From: Christensenellaceae bacterium
GTDB lineage: Bacteria > Bacillota > Clostridia > Christensenellales > Borkfalkiaceae
Assembly (NCBI GenBank): GCA_045535775.1
Contig: JAZSMG010000253.1
Location: forward strand, 1-44,601
Direction: 5' to 3'
DNA length: 44,601 bases
Of this stretch, positions 9,860 through 18,530 are shown one piece after another. A program made the translations under genes and the position numbers. Position 1 is the first letter of the stretch, and the number at the start of each line of letters is the position of its first letter. Under the pieces are notes generated by a model. The model saw only the letters and a program-made list of their open reading frames with translations. It did not search any database and was not told the DNA's origin.

Positions 9860-11158
9860 TTAGTCTTCTTTATTATCCTCTTCTTCAACGGGATTTATAA
9901 CAACCTTAACGTCTAAAACCCTTCTTTGGGTTAACTTGTTAGTTATAATGGTAAGGTTTTTATAATCAAAGCTGTCAAATTTTTTGGGGAACGTACCCGT
10001 TTGTTCAATAATCCAACCGCTAACCGTTTGAGTTTCAAACTCTTTATCGTCACCGTCTAAGCCGAATAGGGTAAAGAACTTATCAAGCTCTGCTCTACCG
10101 TCTACCATATAGGTTAAGTCGTCTATTTTGGTGAAGTAGTTTACAATTTCATCGTGCTCGTCCCAAATTTCGCCAACAAGCTCCTCTAAAATATCTTCTA
10201 GGGTAGCAATGCCAAGCGTTCCGCCGTACTCATCCACAACTATAGCCATGTGTACCTTTTGCTTTTGCATGCTCTTAAGCAGGGTGGAAATCTTCATATG
10301 CTCGGTTGCGTAAGCAACGGGCGAAATAGCGTTTTTAATGGTTGTGTCGCCCCTTTCTAACGCGGCAAAGAAGTCAATGTTGTGAATCATACCAACTATT
10401 GAATCTATTGTTCCTTTATAAACGGGCATACGTGAGAAATTGTATTCAAGGAAAAGCTTTTTTATCTGTTCCATAGGCATATCAAGCGAAACGGCAATCA
10501 CGCCCACTCTGGGAACAAAAATATCCTCTACTAAAACGTCGTCAAACTCAATAGAGCTTGAAATAAGCTTGGTTTCGTTCTCATTAAGCGCGCCGTCCTC
10601 TTGTGCTTCTTCAACGATGGTAAGCAATTCTTCTTCAGTAATTTTTTCTTCCCCTTCAAGCTTAAATATCTTTTTAAGTAAAGTCTTAAGCCCTGCAAAA
10701 ATAAAGGTTATGGGCCATAAAATTATCATAAAGAATTTTATGGGGTAGCCTAAAACTATGGTAGCACCATAGCTCTTTTCTTTTGCTATCATTTTGGGGG
10801 TAATTTCACCGAATATCAATACTAAAACGGTGGTTACTGCCGTAGAAACCGTTGCTGCAACGTTCGTGTTACCGCTTAATATCTGTTCAAAAATAATTAA
10901 GCATAAGCTTGATAAGGTAATATTAACGATATTGTTACCAACTAAAATAGTGGAAAGAACCTTATCGAAGTTTTCAGTTAAGTCAAGCGCTTGCTTTGCG
11001 CCCTTGTGGCCCTCTTGCGCCTTCGTGCGAAGCTTGGTTTTGTTAACTGATGAAAACGCAGTTTCGGTTGCAGAAAAGAATGCAGATAAGATGATTAGTA
11101 TTACGCATATAAAAATATGTAAGGTAATACTGTCGGGTTCAGGTTCGTCAGAATCCAT
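9860..11158 (-). CDS. CNNM/DUF21-CBS-CorC_HlyC family membrane protein (hemolysin-family / divalent-ion efflux type)
   Basis: It has four N-terminal TM helices, a CBS-pair region and a C-terminal CorC/HlyC-like domain. A GGAGAAAAA RBS favours the ATG at 11158 over the ORF-track start at 11209. Confidence 0.8.
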   Translation of the reverse strand: MDSDEPEPDSITLHIFICVILIILSAFFSATETAFSSVNKTKLRTKAQEGHKGAKQALDLTENFDKVLSTILVGNNIVNITLSSLCLIIFEQILSGNTNVAATVSTAVTTVLVLIFGEITPKMIAKEKSYGATIVLGYPIKFFMIILWPITFIFAGLKTLLKKIFKLEGEEKITEEELLTIVEEAQEDGALNENETKLISSSIEFDDVLVEDIFVPRVGVIAVSLDMPMEQIKKLFLEYNFSRMPVYKGTIDSIVGMIHNIDFFAALERGDTTIKNAISPVAYATEHMKISTLLKSMQKQKVHMAIVVDEYGGTLGIATLEDILEELVGEIWDEHDEIVNYFTKIDDLTYMVDGRAELDKFFTLFGLDGDDKEFETQTVSGWIIEQTGTFPKKFDSFDYKNLTIITNKLTQRRVLDVKVVINPVEEEDNKED

Positions 11159-11394
11159 TTTTTCTCCTTTTTTATTAGGGATTTGCCTCTTTTTTCTTGC
11201 AATCCCCAAAATTATTGTTTCTAGATTATACCATAAAAATACTTTAATGTAAACAAAAAAACACTCAATTATAGCCTTTTTCCATTTTTAACCCACTTTT
11301 AACGTTTTTTTTGCAATTTTGTGTTAAAATTAGGCAAATTAAATACTTTTTACCTTTTTATTTGTATAAATATTTGCTTTCCAACATAAAATAT

Positions 11395-11670
11395 ATGGGA
11401 TTTTTATTTATGGAAGATAATAAATTGCATTCGCTTACCCTAGAAGGGCAAAAGAAAATTTGCATCACCTGCGTTTCAGAGGTAGAAAACGTCACCGCGG
11501 AATGTATAAAGTTGGTGCTTGTTGGCGGTAAACGGCTTGTTTTATGCGGTACAAACCTAAAAATGGGTGCTTTTTCCAAGCAAAACGCTACTTTTTGTGC
11601 AGAAGGGCTTATAACAGAAATAAAATATGCCGGGCAAAAGACCTCTTTTGTTAAAAAATTACTCAAATGA
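11395..11670 (+). CDS. yabP: sporulation protein YabP
   Basis: The sequence HSLTLEGQKKICITCVSEVENV...LVLCGTNLKM...GLITEIKY follows the YabP/YqfC pattern, and a yabQ homologue lies downstream. The start is uncertain (11395 or 11410). Confidence 0.75.
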   Translation: MGFLFMEDNKLHSLTLEGQKKICITCVSEVENVTAECIKLVLVGGKRLVLCGTNLKMGAFSKQNATFCAEGLITEIKYAGQKTSFVKKLLK

Positions 11671-12212
11671 CCTTTGAACAGGATCTTCAGTTTACATACT
11701 TTTTGCTCTGCTTTGCCTTCGGCTATGCTTTTGGCATTATAACATTTATATTTGATGGGTTTTTAGAAGGTAAACCGCTTTGCTTTTTTAATAGTGCGCT
11801 TATTGGGTTAAGAATTATTTTGCTTGCCTTTTTCTTTGCGTATATGAAAAACCGTTATGATTTGGGGCAAATACGTGGGTATATGCTAGTAAGTGCCTTA
11901 CTTGGTTTTTATATATACTTAAAAACAATAGCTAAAATAATTGCAAAATTTATAAAAAGGTTGTATAATAATGTCATAAAGATATTACTCAAGGGGAAAA
12001 ATAGGCTTTATGACCTTAGAAAAGCTACAAAGAATAGCCGCTGCGGTAACCGCATCCGCCGTTTTATTGCTCGTTATTTTGGTAGGCACGCTAGTTTATC
12101 AAATGAGCATAATAAACGGAAAGCGCGCAAAAATAGAACAGCTAAACGCAGAAATAGCTACTCTTCGCCAACAAAACGAAGAGGTTCAAAACGATATAGA
12201 CCGTTGGCTTAA
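11667..12212 (+). CDS. yabQ: spore cortex biosynthesis protein YabQ-like (membrane) with long basic tail
   Basis: An ATGA overlap joins it to the yabP stop. It has 3-4 TM helices and sits in the yabP-yabQ-divIC order. The last ~68 codons overlap divIC in another frame. Confidence 0.6.
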   Translation: MTFEQDLQFTYFLLCFAFGYAFGIITFIFDGFLEGKPLCFFNSALIGLRIILLAFFFAYMKNRYDLGQIRGYMLVSALLGFYIYLKTIAKIIAKFIKRLYNNVIKILLKGKNRLYDLRKATKNSRCGNRIRRFIARYFGRHASLSNEHNKRKARKNRTAKRRNSYSSPTKRRGSKRYRPLA

Positions 12213-12273
12213 CGAATGGAAAATTGAAGAACGCGCCAACGAACTTGGCTACGTTTACGAACGTGATAAATAA
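12010..12273 (+). CDS. divIC: septum formation initiator (FtsB/DivIC family)
   Basis: It has a single TM helix, a coiled coil (KIEQLNAEIATLRQQNEE) and a C-terminal ERANELGYVY motif. An AAGGGGA RBS is present. Confidence 0.75.
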   Translation: MTLEKLQRIAAAVTASAVLLLVILVGTLVYQMSIINGKRAKIEQLNAEIATLRQQNEEVQNDIDRWLNEWKIEERANELGYVYERDK

Positions 12274-12284
12274 CGCAACAAGTG

Positions 12285-12325
12285 CGCGTATAAAGCGATT
12301 ATCGCCTTATACGCGTATTTAATTT
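12285..12325 (+). terminator. terminator-like hairpin containing motif copy GATTATCGCCTTATAC (12297-12312)
   Basis: Stem CGCGTATAA / TTATACGCG (9 bp) is followed by TATTTAATTT. Confidence 0.55.
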
Positions 12326-12478
12326 AGCCCTGTGTGAAAAGAATATAGCGCTTTGTGCTACGTTTTTTAGTGAATGTTTTTTAATCATTGCCGGTCATTC
12401 TTTTAATCAATATAAACTAATATTTTTACTTGTAGCAAACGCACTAATTTTTACCGTGTATTATATTTTTTTACTAAT

Positions 12479-13366
12479 ATGAAGTTAACTAACGAATATA
12501 TTGCAATTATAGATATAGGAAGCAACTCCGTAAGGCTAAGGCTTTCTTTGAATAACGAGGTAATTTTAAGAAAAAATATCACCACTCAGCTTTCACGCGG
12601 GATGGTTAGCGGTATTTTGAATAAAGAATCGGTTGAAAGAACGTTGGAAGGCTTAAGCGACCTTGTTGCTATTGCTAAACAAAAAAACGCTAAAATAATG
12701 GTGTTTGCAACCGCCGCGGTAAGGAATTCTGTAAACGGTGGTGAGTTTTGTGAACGTTTTACCGCGAATCACGGTATAACTATTGACGTTTTATCGGGTG
12801 AAAAAGAAGCACAAATGGGTATTTTGGGCGCGCTTGAGGGTAAAGACGGTTGCGTTATAGACGTTGGTGGTGCTTCCAGTGAAGTAGTTATTGCAAAAGG
12901 TGGTAAAATAATATACGCACATTCTCTTCCAATAGGCGCGGTTGTACTTACCGATATCTGCAAAAGGGATTATGGTTGTGCGCTTAGTACCGTAAGCGAA
13001 TATGTAAATAGTTTACCAAGCCCACCGAATGCAGTTGGTAACGTTTATGCGATTGGCGGAACAGCTAATAATATGGCGTTTGTGCATAGCGGAATTACAG
13101 TTTTTAACAGGGAATTAACAAGCGGTATTCAAATGACGGCGAAAGATATTTCTTTGATGGCGAAGAAATTTTACACTCTTTCACCCGAAGAACTGCAGAC
13201 TTGTTACAATATAAGGGATGTGCGCTCTAAGGTTATTCATTCGGGTGCACTCATAATAAGTGAGTTGGTAAACTTTTTGGCTATAGGTAGCGTTACTTTT
13301 ACAGAAAATGATAATCTTGAAGGTTATTACCTTTCAAAAATAATGGGGAAAAAATATGAAGAATAG
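12479..13366 (+). CDS. Ppx/GppA-family phosphatase (N-terminal ASKHA domains only)
   Basis: Contains IAIIDIGSNSVRL and VIDVGGASSEV motifs. No obvious RBS is present. Confidence 0.75.
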   Translation: MKLTNEYIAIIDIGSNSVRLRLSLNNEVILRKNITTQLSRGMVSGILNKESVERTLEGLSDLVAIAKQKNAKIMVFATAAVRNSVNGGEFCERFTANHGITIDVLSGEKEAQMGILGALEGKDGCVIDVGGASSEVVIAKGGKIIYAHSLPIGAVVLTDICKRDYGCALSTVSEYVNSLPSPPNAVGNVYAIGGTANNMAFVHSGITVFNRELTSGIQMTAKDISLMAKKFYTLSPEELQTCYNIRDVRSKVIHSGALIISELVNFLAIGSVTFTENDNLEGYYLSKIMGKKYEE

Positions 13367-14366
13367 AAGGCTAGAAACTATAATAAACCTCTTGCTTTTA
13401 GCCGTATGGCTAACGGTATTTGGCTATTTGGTGGTTTATGCGAAAAGAACGTTTAAAATGTCTGGTATGGATGCGTTTATGCTTAGTATAACGGGGTTCG
13501 TTCTGCATTACGTATTCTCACTTCTTTTTCACGAATTGGGGCACGTTTTGTTTGCAAAAATCAAAAAAATGCGAGTTCAATACGTTAATTTTGGTTTATT
13601 TTCTATAGATTTTACAACGAAAAAGGTAAGATTATTCACTTATTTTTCATCTGATGCAGGCGAAACTGCATTTTTACCAAAAAAGGATATTAGTGTTGGG
13701 GTAATCAAGCTTATTACCTTTGGCGGATTGTTATTTTCATTTATTTATGCAATTTTATGCTTTATACCCTTGTATTTTTTAGTGCAAAGGGAACTGTTTT
13801 GTCTTTTAGGCATCGGCTCATGTTCGGCATTTTATTTACTAACGGTTAATATTTTGCCAATAGATAAAACCTCAGACGGTTCAATTTTACTTTCACGCGG
13901 GGATTACGCCAAGGTGTTAACGCAAATAATAAACCACCAAAGAAGGGAATTGGAAGGGGAAATCCCCGTTGAAGCGCCTATTTTTAAAAACTCATCACAG
14001 CCACTTGCTTGTTATTATCATTATTTGTATTTATTGTTGCAAAGCAGAAAGGAGGAAGCGTTTTACCTTATAAATAAGCTTAGCCTTGATTTGGAAGAGT
14101 TTATTGATGAAGAATACCGCGTAATATTCCCGGAAATTATAACCGTTAACTATCTGCAAGGCATAAACGATGAAAATATAAAGACACGTGCGGAAATTTT
14201 CTTTACCGAAGAAGATAACAGGCCGGCAGTTTTAAGGGCACACTGTATTTACAGGAATTCTCGCGGAGAAACAGAGTGGGCAGAAAGCCTTCGTAAAAGC
14301 TATGAAAAATCATTAAAACATGCAACTGCTTTTACAAAAGCAATAGAAAGCCGTTTTAATTTTTAA
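13356..14366 (+). CDS. M50/site-2-protease-like membrane metalloprotease with C-terminal soluble domain
   Basis: HELGH lies in a TM helix, and a later NILPIDKTSDGS stretch matches the NxxPxxxxDG pattern. It overlaps the ppx-like stop by 11 nt. Confidence 0.6.
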   Translation: MKNRRLETIINLLLLAVWLTVFGYLVVYAKRTFKMSGMDAFMLSITGFVLHYVFSLLFHELGHVLFAKIKKMRVQYVNFGLFSIDFTTKKVRLFTYFSSDAGETAFLPKKDISVGVIKLITFGGLLFSFIYAILCFIPLYFLVQRELFCLLGIGSCSAFYLLTVNILPIDKTSDGSILLSRGDYAKVLTQIINHQRRELEGEIPVEAPIFKNSSQPLACYYHYLYLLLQSRKEEAFYLINKLSLDLEEFIDEEYRVIFPEIITVNYLQGINDENIKTRAEIFFTEEDNRPAVLRAHCIYRNSRGETEWAESLRKSYEKSLKHATAFTKAIESRFNF

Positions 14367-14371
14367 AAAGG

Positions 14372-14410
14372 AAAAGTGGGGTTAACAGCGCTATAGCCCC
14401 ACTTTTATAC
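14372..14410 (+). terminator. terminator-like hairpin with motif copy GTTAACAGCGCTATAG (14381-14396) in the loop
   Basis: Stem AAAAGTGGGG / CCCCACTTTT. Confidence 0.55.
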
Positions 14411-14434
14411 AAATATTTATAAGGAATTTTTATT

Positions 14435-15280
14435 ATGCAGGAATTTTTTGGCGTGGATACCCACCTTGGTTACAGCGAAAGCAGTAGCGTTGTTATGCGT
14501 GAGGTTGGTGAGGCTAATTTAATTAAACAGGAAGAATACACGAAGAAGATGGAGGTGTATGAAAATAGAGCAAAGCTTCCACCTATTTTAAACGTGGTAA
14601 AGATTGCTTGCAACGTGGTTGCCTTCTTTTTGCTTTGCGGTTTTTTATATGCGTTAACCGTTAGCGAAAAAGGCGTAGGAATAGAAAACGCGCTATATTG
14701 GGTTTTGGGCATTGCAATATTCTTTATGGGCGTAGGCTTCTTTATTTCCTTTTACAAAAAAAGACGTGCCAAAAAAGTGGCTAAGGATGAAGGGTATCTT
14801 GCGCTTATAAAAGAGGGTGAGGCAATTTATGATGAATGTGTTGCTTCTTTAAAAATCCCCTCTTCTGCAAAATCAATAGACGTTTTTCTTTACGTTTACA
14901 CCACCAAAAGCGGTGAAGAAAAGCCTGTTAATAGGGCGGTTAAATATATAAATTCGCCCATTAAAGCCTTTACGGAAGGTGGTTACGTTATGATTGCAGA
15001 CCTTCAAATGGTATTCGGGCTTAAAAAAGAATGGTTTAAATCATTTGAAATTATACCTGAAAAGGTTACCTTTAACAGTTGGAATAAGGATGATGGGTTT
15101 GGTACAAACGAATATAAAAAATATGCAATTAAGCCCACGGCAACGGGCGCACTCTCAGTTAAAGGGTGTTATAAATTTATTTTAGAAAAGGATGGCAAGT
15201 GCTTCCAAATAGTTATACCCCCCTATGATGGCGAAGCGTTTTTAAAGCTTACCGGTATTAAATATAAGAAGGCTAAATAA
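14435..15280 (+). CDS. hypothetical two-TM membrane protein
   Basis: An ORF with an AAGGA RBS and two hydrophobic helices. I recognise no family. Confidence 0.6.
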   Translation: MQEFFGVDTHLGYSESSSVVMREVGEANLIKQEEYTKKMEVYENRAKLPPILNVVKIACNVVAFFLLCGFLYALTVSEKGVGIENALYWVLGIAIFFMGVGFFISFYKKRRAKKVAKDEGYLALIKEGEAIYDECVASLKIPSSAKSIDVFLYVYTTKSGEEKPVNRAVKYINSPIKAFTEGGYVMIADLQMVFGLKKEWFKSFEIIPEKVTFNSWNKDDGFGTNEYKKYAIKPTATGALSVKGCYKFILEKDGKCFQIVIPPYDGEAFLKLTGIKYKKAK

Positions 15281-15281
15281 T

Positions 15282-15584
15282 ATGAAAAAGGTTAAAATTA
15301 CCGCCATACGAAAGGTGGAACACAAGGATTTAATGCAGTTGTATGAAAACCCAATAGAGCATACTTGCGATATTAACGAAGGGGACGTGTTTATAAGCGA
15401 AAATGCTTTAAAACCGCAAGGCTTTTGTGAAAGTGCTTGGCAATCGGTTAAGGAATTTGTTGTTGCGCTTGCAAACGGCGGTGGTAACTTTTACGATGGG
15501 TGGATGAAAAACCCATATTCCGCACTTATTTCATGTAACGATGGGTTTCGCCCCGTTAGCTTTTTACTTGAGGTAATAGACTAA
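15282..15584 (+). CDS. TIGR04076-family small protein
   Basis: MKKVKIT..., GFCESAW and SCNDGFRPVSF match the pattern I recall for TIGR04076. It starts 1 nt after the upstream stop. Confidence 0.7.
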   Translation: MKKVKITAIRKVEHKDLMQLYENPIEHTCDINEGDVFISENALKPQGFCESAWQSVKEFVVALANGGGNFYDGWMKNPYSALISCNDGFRPVSFLLEVID

Positions 15585-15620
15585 TTAAAGGGAAAAACAG
15601 ATAAAACTATAAAATAACAA

Positions 15621-15653
15621 AACCGCCGATAATCGACTTATACGGCGGTTTTT
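15621..15653. terminator. bidirectional terminator with motif copy GATAATCGACTTATAC (15628-15643) in the loop
   Basis: Stem AACCGCCG / CGGCGGTT is flanked by A- and T-runs. Confidence 0.75.
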
Positions 15654-15674
15654 ACTTGTATTTAATTATTAGTT

Positions 15675-15758
15675 GCGTTACAACAAGAGGTTGATAAAGG
15701 CTTTAAGTAAATCAAATTTATTTCTTAAAAAATCAACCGTTGTTTGCGCTAATGCCTT
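15675..15758 (+). repeat. long-form hairpin repeat, copy A
   Basis: Reads GCGTTACAACAAGAGGTTGAT...ATCAACCGTTGTTTGCGCTAATGCCTT. The arms pair as GGTTGAT/ATCAACC plus AACAA/TTGTT. Confidence 0.7.
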
Positions 15759-15759
15759 G

Positions 15760-17547
15760 TTATTTAATCTTTTCAAAATCGTTGTAGCCGTGCTTACAAA
15801 GTGGGCAAACGATATCTTCAGGTAGTGGGTGACCTTCATAAACCCAACCGCAAATCTTGCAAACGTAACCGGTAATACCTTCCGTTTGTGGCTTTGGTTT
15901 AACGTTGTTTTGGTAGTAGGTATAGGTCATGGTTTCCTTGTCGGAAATCACTCTGGATTCGGTTACGGAGCAAATGAACATTCCGTGGGTGTTTAAGTCT
16001 ATATACTGTTCTACCTTTAAAGACATAAAGGAATTGATATATCTGGGCAAGAAAACAAGTCCGTTATCAGAGCGTAAGGGGGTGCAGTCCTTAAATTTGT
16101 CAACAGTTCTTCCGCTAACAAAGCCAAAGTTTTCAAAAACGCTGAAGGGAGCTTCCACTGTTAGGCAGTTAACGTTCATAATTCCCGTTTGCTTAATAAC
16201 GTGATGAGAGTAGTTTTCCTTATTGATGGTAACTGCAATTCTGTTGGGGGTATTGGTTACCTGTGAAACGGTATTAACGATAAGTCCGTTATCCTTTTTA
16301 CCATCGTTACAGGTTACAACGTATAAGCCGTATCCAATATTAAACAGTGCGCTAAGGTCGTTTTTATTTGCCTTTTCGCTTTGTGCGATATAGTCCTTGC
16401 AAAGCTCTTCTGCTAAAGCGTTAACGCTTTGGTTGGAGCTTTCGTTTAAAGCAGATAAAATGGTTACGTTATTTTCTGTGTAAGTGATATTTTTGCTCTT
16501 TTCCAGCATACCCTTCATAACCTTGGTTGCAAGGGGAGCCCAGCTTCCGTTTTCTATAAATGCAACGGTGCGGTTTTGGAAGTTGCGTTCTGTTAAATGA
16601 TTTATAAACTCACGCATGAAGGGGAATATATCTGCGTTGTAGGTAGTGGTTGCAAGAACTAATTTGTTATATCTAAAGGCATCTTCAACCGCTTCTGCCA
16701 TATCACAGCGAGCAAGATCGTTAACAACAACCTTGGGTGCGCCAAGCTCCTTAAGCTTTTCTGCAAGAGCCATAACCGCCTTTTTGGTGTGGCCGTAAAC
16801 AGAAGTGTAGGCAATCATAATGCCTTCATCTTCGGGCTGGTAGCTAGACCAAGTGTTGTAAAGGTTTAAGTAGTAGCCAAGATTTTCCGTTAAAATAGGG
16901 CCGTGTAAGGGGCAAATGATTTGAATATCTAAGGTAGAAGCCTTCTTTAAAAGGGCTTGAACCTGAGCACCGTACTTGCCAACTATGCCAATGTAATATC
17001 TGCGTGCCTCGCAAGCCCAGTCCTCTTCCACGTCTAACGCGCCGAATTTACCAAACCCGTCCGCAGAGAATAGAATTTTATCGGTGCTGTCATAGGTAAC
17101 TATTACCTCGGGCCAATGCACCATGGGCGCGGTAACAAAGGTTAGTTGGTGATTACCAAGTGAAAGGGTATCCCCTTCACCAACCACGATTCTTCTTTCC
17201 TCAAAGTCGGTGCCGAAGTAGTTTTTCATCATAATAAATGCCTTAGATGAAGAAACTATGGTTGCTTCGGGGTAGCTCTTTGCAAAGTTAAGTATGTTTG
17301 CAGAGTGGTCGGGCTCCATATGCTGAACGATTAAATAGTCGGGCTTTCTGCCGTTTAGCGCGTTTTGCAGGTTATCCATCCATTCGTGGGTGAATCTTGC
17401 GTCAACGGTATCCATAACGGCAACCTTTTGGTCAAGAATAACATAAGAGTTATACGCCATACCGTTAGGCACGTCGTACTGACCTTCAAATAGGTCAACC
17501 TCGTGGTCGTTAACGCCTATATAAAGAACGTCCTTCGTAACTTTCAT
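15760..17547 (-). CDS. multidomain flavodiiron protein (diiron MBL domain, flavodoxin, flavin-reductase-like domain, rubredoxin)
   Basis: Contains HMEPDH (HxExDH) and the flavodoxin stretch IMIAYTSVYGHTKK. A flavin-reductase-like segment is followed by a C-terminal CKICG...CPLC rubredoxin. A GAGGT RBS supports the ATG at 17547. Confidence 0.8.
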   Translation of the reverse strand: MKVTKDVLYIGVNDHEVDLFEGQYDVPNGMAYNSYVILDQKVAVMDTVDARFTHEWMDNLQNALNGRKPDYLIVQHMEPDHSANILNFAKSYPEATIVSSSKAFIMMKNYFGTDFEERRIVVGEGDTLSLGNHQLTFVTAPMVHWPEVIVTYDSTDKILFSADGFGKFGALDVEEDWACEARRYYIGIVGKYGAQVQALLKKASTLDIQIICPLHGPILTENLGYYLNLYNTWSSYQPEDEGIMIAYTSVYGHTKKAVMALAEKLKELGAPKVVVNDLARCDMAEAVEDAFRYNKLVLATTTYNADIFPFMREFINHLTERNFQNRTVAFIENGSWAPLATKVMKGMLEKSKNITYTENNVTILSALNESSNQSVNALAEELCKDYIAQSEKANKNDLSALFNIGYGLYVVTCNDGKKDNGLIVNTVSQVTNTPNRIAVTINKENYSHHVIKQTGIMNVNCLTVEAPFSVFENFGFVSGRTVDKFKDCTPLRSDNGLVFLPRYINSFMSLKVEQYIDLNTHGMFICSVTESRVISDKETMTYTYYQNNVKPKPQTEGITGYVCKICGWVYEGHPLPEDIVCPLCKHGYNDFEKIK

Positions 17548-17745
17548 TTTTATACCTCGTTTAAGTTGGCGCACCTTATGCGCCCTTTTTTTATTTTTAT
17601 ATTGCAAATCGTTTGCGCTATATTTTGTGTTTTTATACCGGCATCAATATGCGCCGTAATTTTATTTCACCGTTAGCAAAAGCGCAACAATTCGCCTATT
17701 AGTTTATAATATTTTTGCCAAAATTTCAACAAAAATTTCACACTT

Positions 17746-18411
17746 TTAAAATTCTTTTAAAATTTTTCCTTGGGTGGTAATTACCGTAGTTTTTAAGGGT
17801 ATATCTCTTCCGCTGTTTAAAAGCGCCTTTTTTACGGCTACTTCAAGCCCACCGCAACATCCAACGCTCATTATTACAAGGTGGATGCTTTTAATATTAT
17901 TTTGCGTAAATATTTCGGTAAGCTTTTGGGAATAGTCCACACCGTCTAGTTTGGGGCATCCCACTAAGGTTACGCGGTCTTTCATAAAGTCTAAGTGAAA
18001 ATTAGCGTAAGCGTATGCAGTGCAGTCCGCCGCGATTAGTAAATTTGCATTTTCAAAGCAGGGCGCGTTTACCGGTAAAAGCTTGATTTGGCAGGGCCAC
18101 TGGTTAAGTTGGCTTTGCGCGCTACCGTATGAGGTGGGATTATTGCTTTCGCTTGTTGCAGTAGATGCTTGCTTTAACGCCTTTGCTTTAAGAACTGCCT
18201 GCTCGTCGTAAGCAGGTGCTTCGCGCTCTTCAAAAGTAATTGCGCCGGTAGGGCAAGCGGGTAAACAGTCACCAAGCCCGTCGCAGTAATGTTCTTTAGA
18301 AAGGGTTGCCTTTCCATCTATAAGCTCAATGGCTCCTTCGTGACAGGCTGTTACGCACAGACCGCAACCGTTGCATTTTTCTTTATTTATATTTATAATT
18401 TTTCTTATCAT
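17746..18411 (-). CDS. 4Fe-4S dicluster domain protein
   Basis: Contains CNGCGLCVTAC and CDGLGDCLPACP motifs. The C-terminal domain is unassigned. Confidence 0.7.
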   Translation of the reverse strand: MIRKIININKEKCNGCGLCVTACHEGAIELIDGKATLSKEHYCDGLGDCLPACPTGAITFEEREAPAYDEQAVLKAKALKQASTATSESNNPTSYGSAQSQLNQWPCQIKLLPVNAPCFENANLLIAADCTAYAYANFHLDFMKDRVTLVGCPKLDGVDYSQKLTEIFTQNNIKSIHLVIMSVGCCGGLEVAVKKALLNSGRDIPLKTTVITTQGKILKEF

Positions 18412-18452
18412 AAAGTCCTTTTTTATTGTTGGTTTTTAATTTAGTATATGTA

Positions 18453-18468
18453 GTTAATCGACTTATAC
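18453..18468 (+). repeat. intergenic motif copy GTTAATCGACTTATAC followed by GCCCACTTTTT
   Basis: Read directly. It lies between two minus-strand genes and has no complementary partner nearby. Confidence 0.8.
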
Positions 18469-18479
18469 GCCCACTTTTT

Positions 18480-18520
18480 ATATAAAAATACGAAAGTAAC
18501 GGTTAAAATTACCTTCGTAT
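18480..18520 (-). terminator. rho-independent terminator of the aldo/keto reductase gene
   Basis: The 12 bp arms ATACGAAAGTAA / TTACCTTCGTAT have one mismatch. A T-run follows on the minus strand. Confidence 0.7.
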
Positions 18521-18530
18521 TATAGCTCTA

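Noticed and set aside
10440-11252. Plus-strand ORFs of 102 aa and 152 aa inside the CNNM gene.
   Set aside because: They are antisense to a well-supported CDS. They are Ser/Ile-rich and low complexity, and have no RBS. They are typical shadow ORFs.
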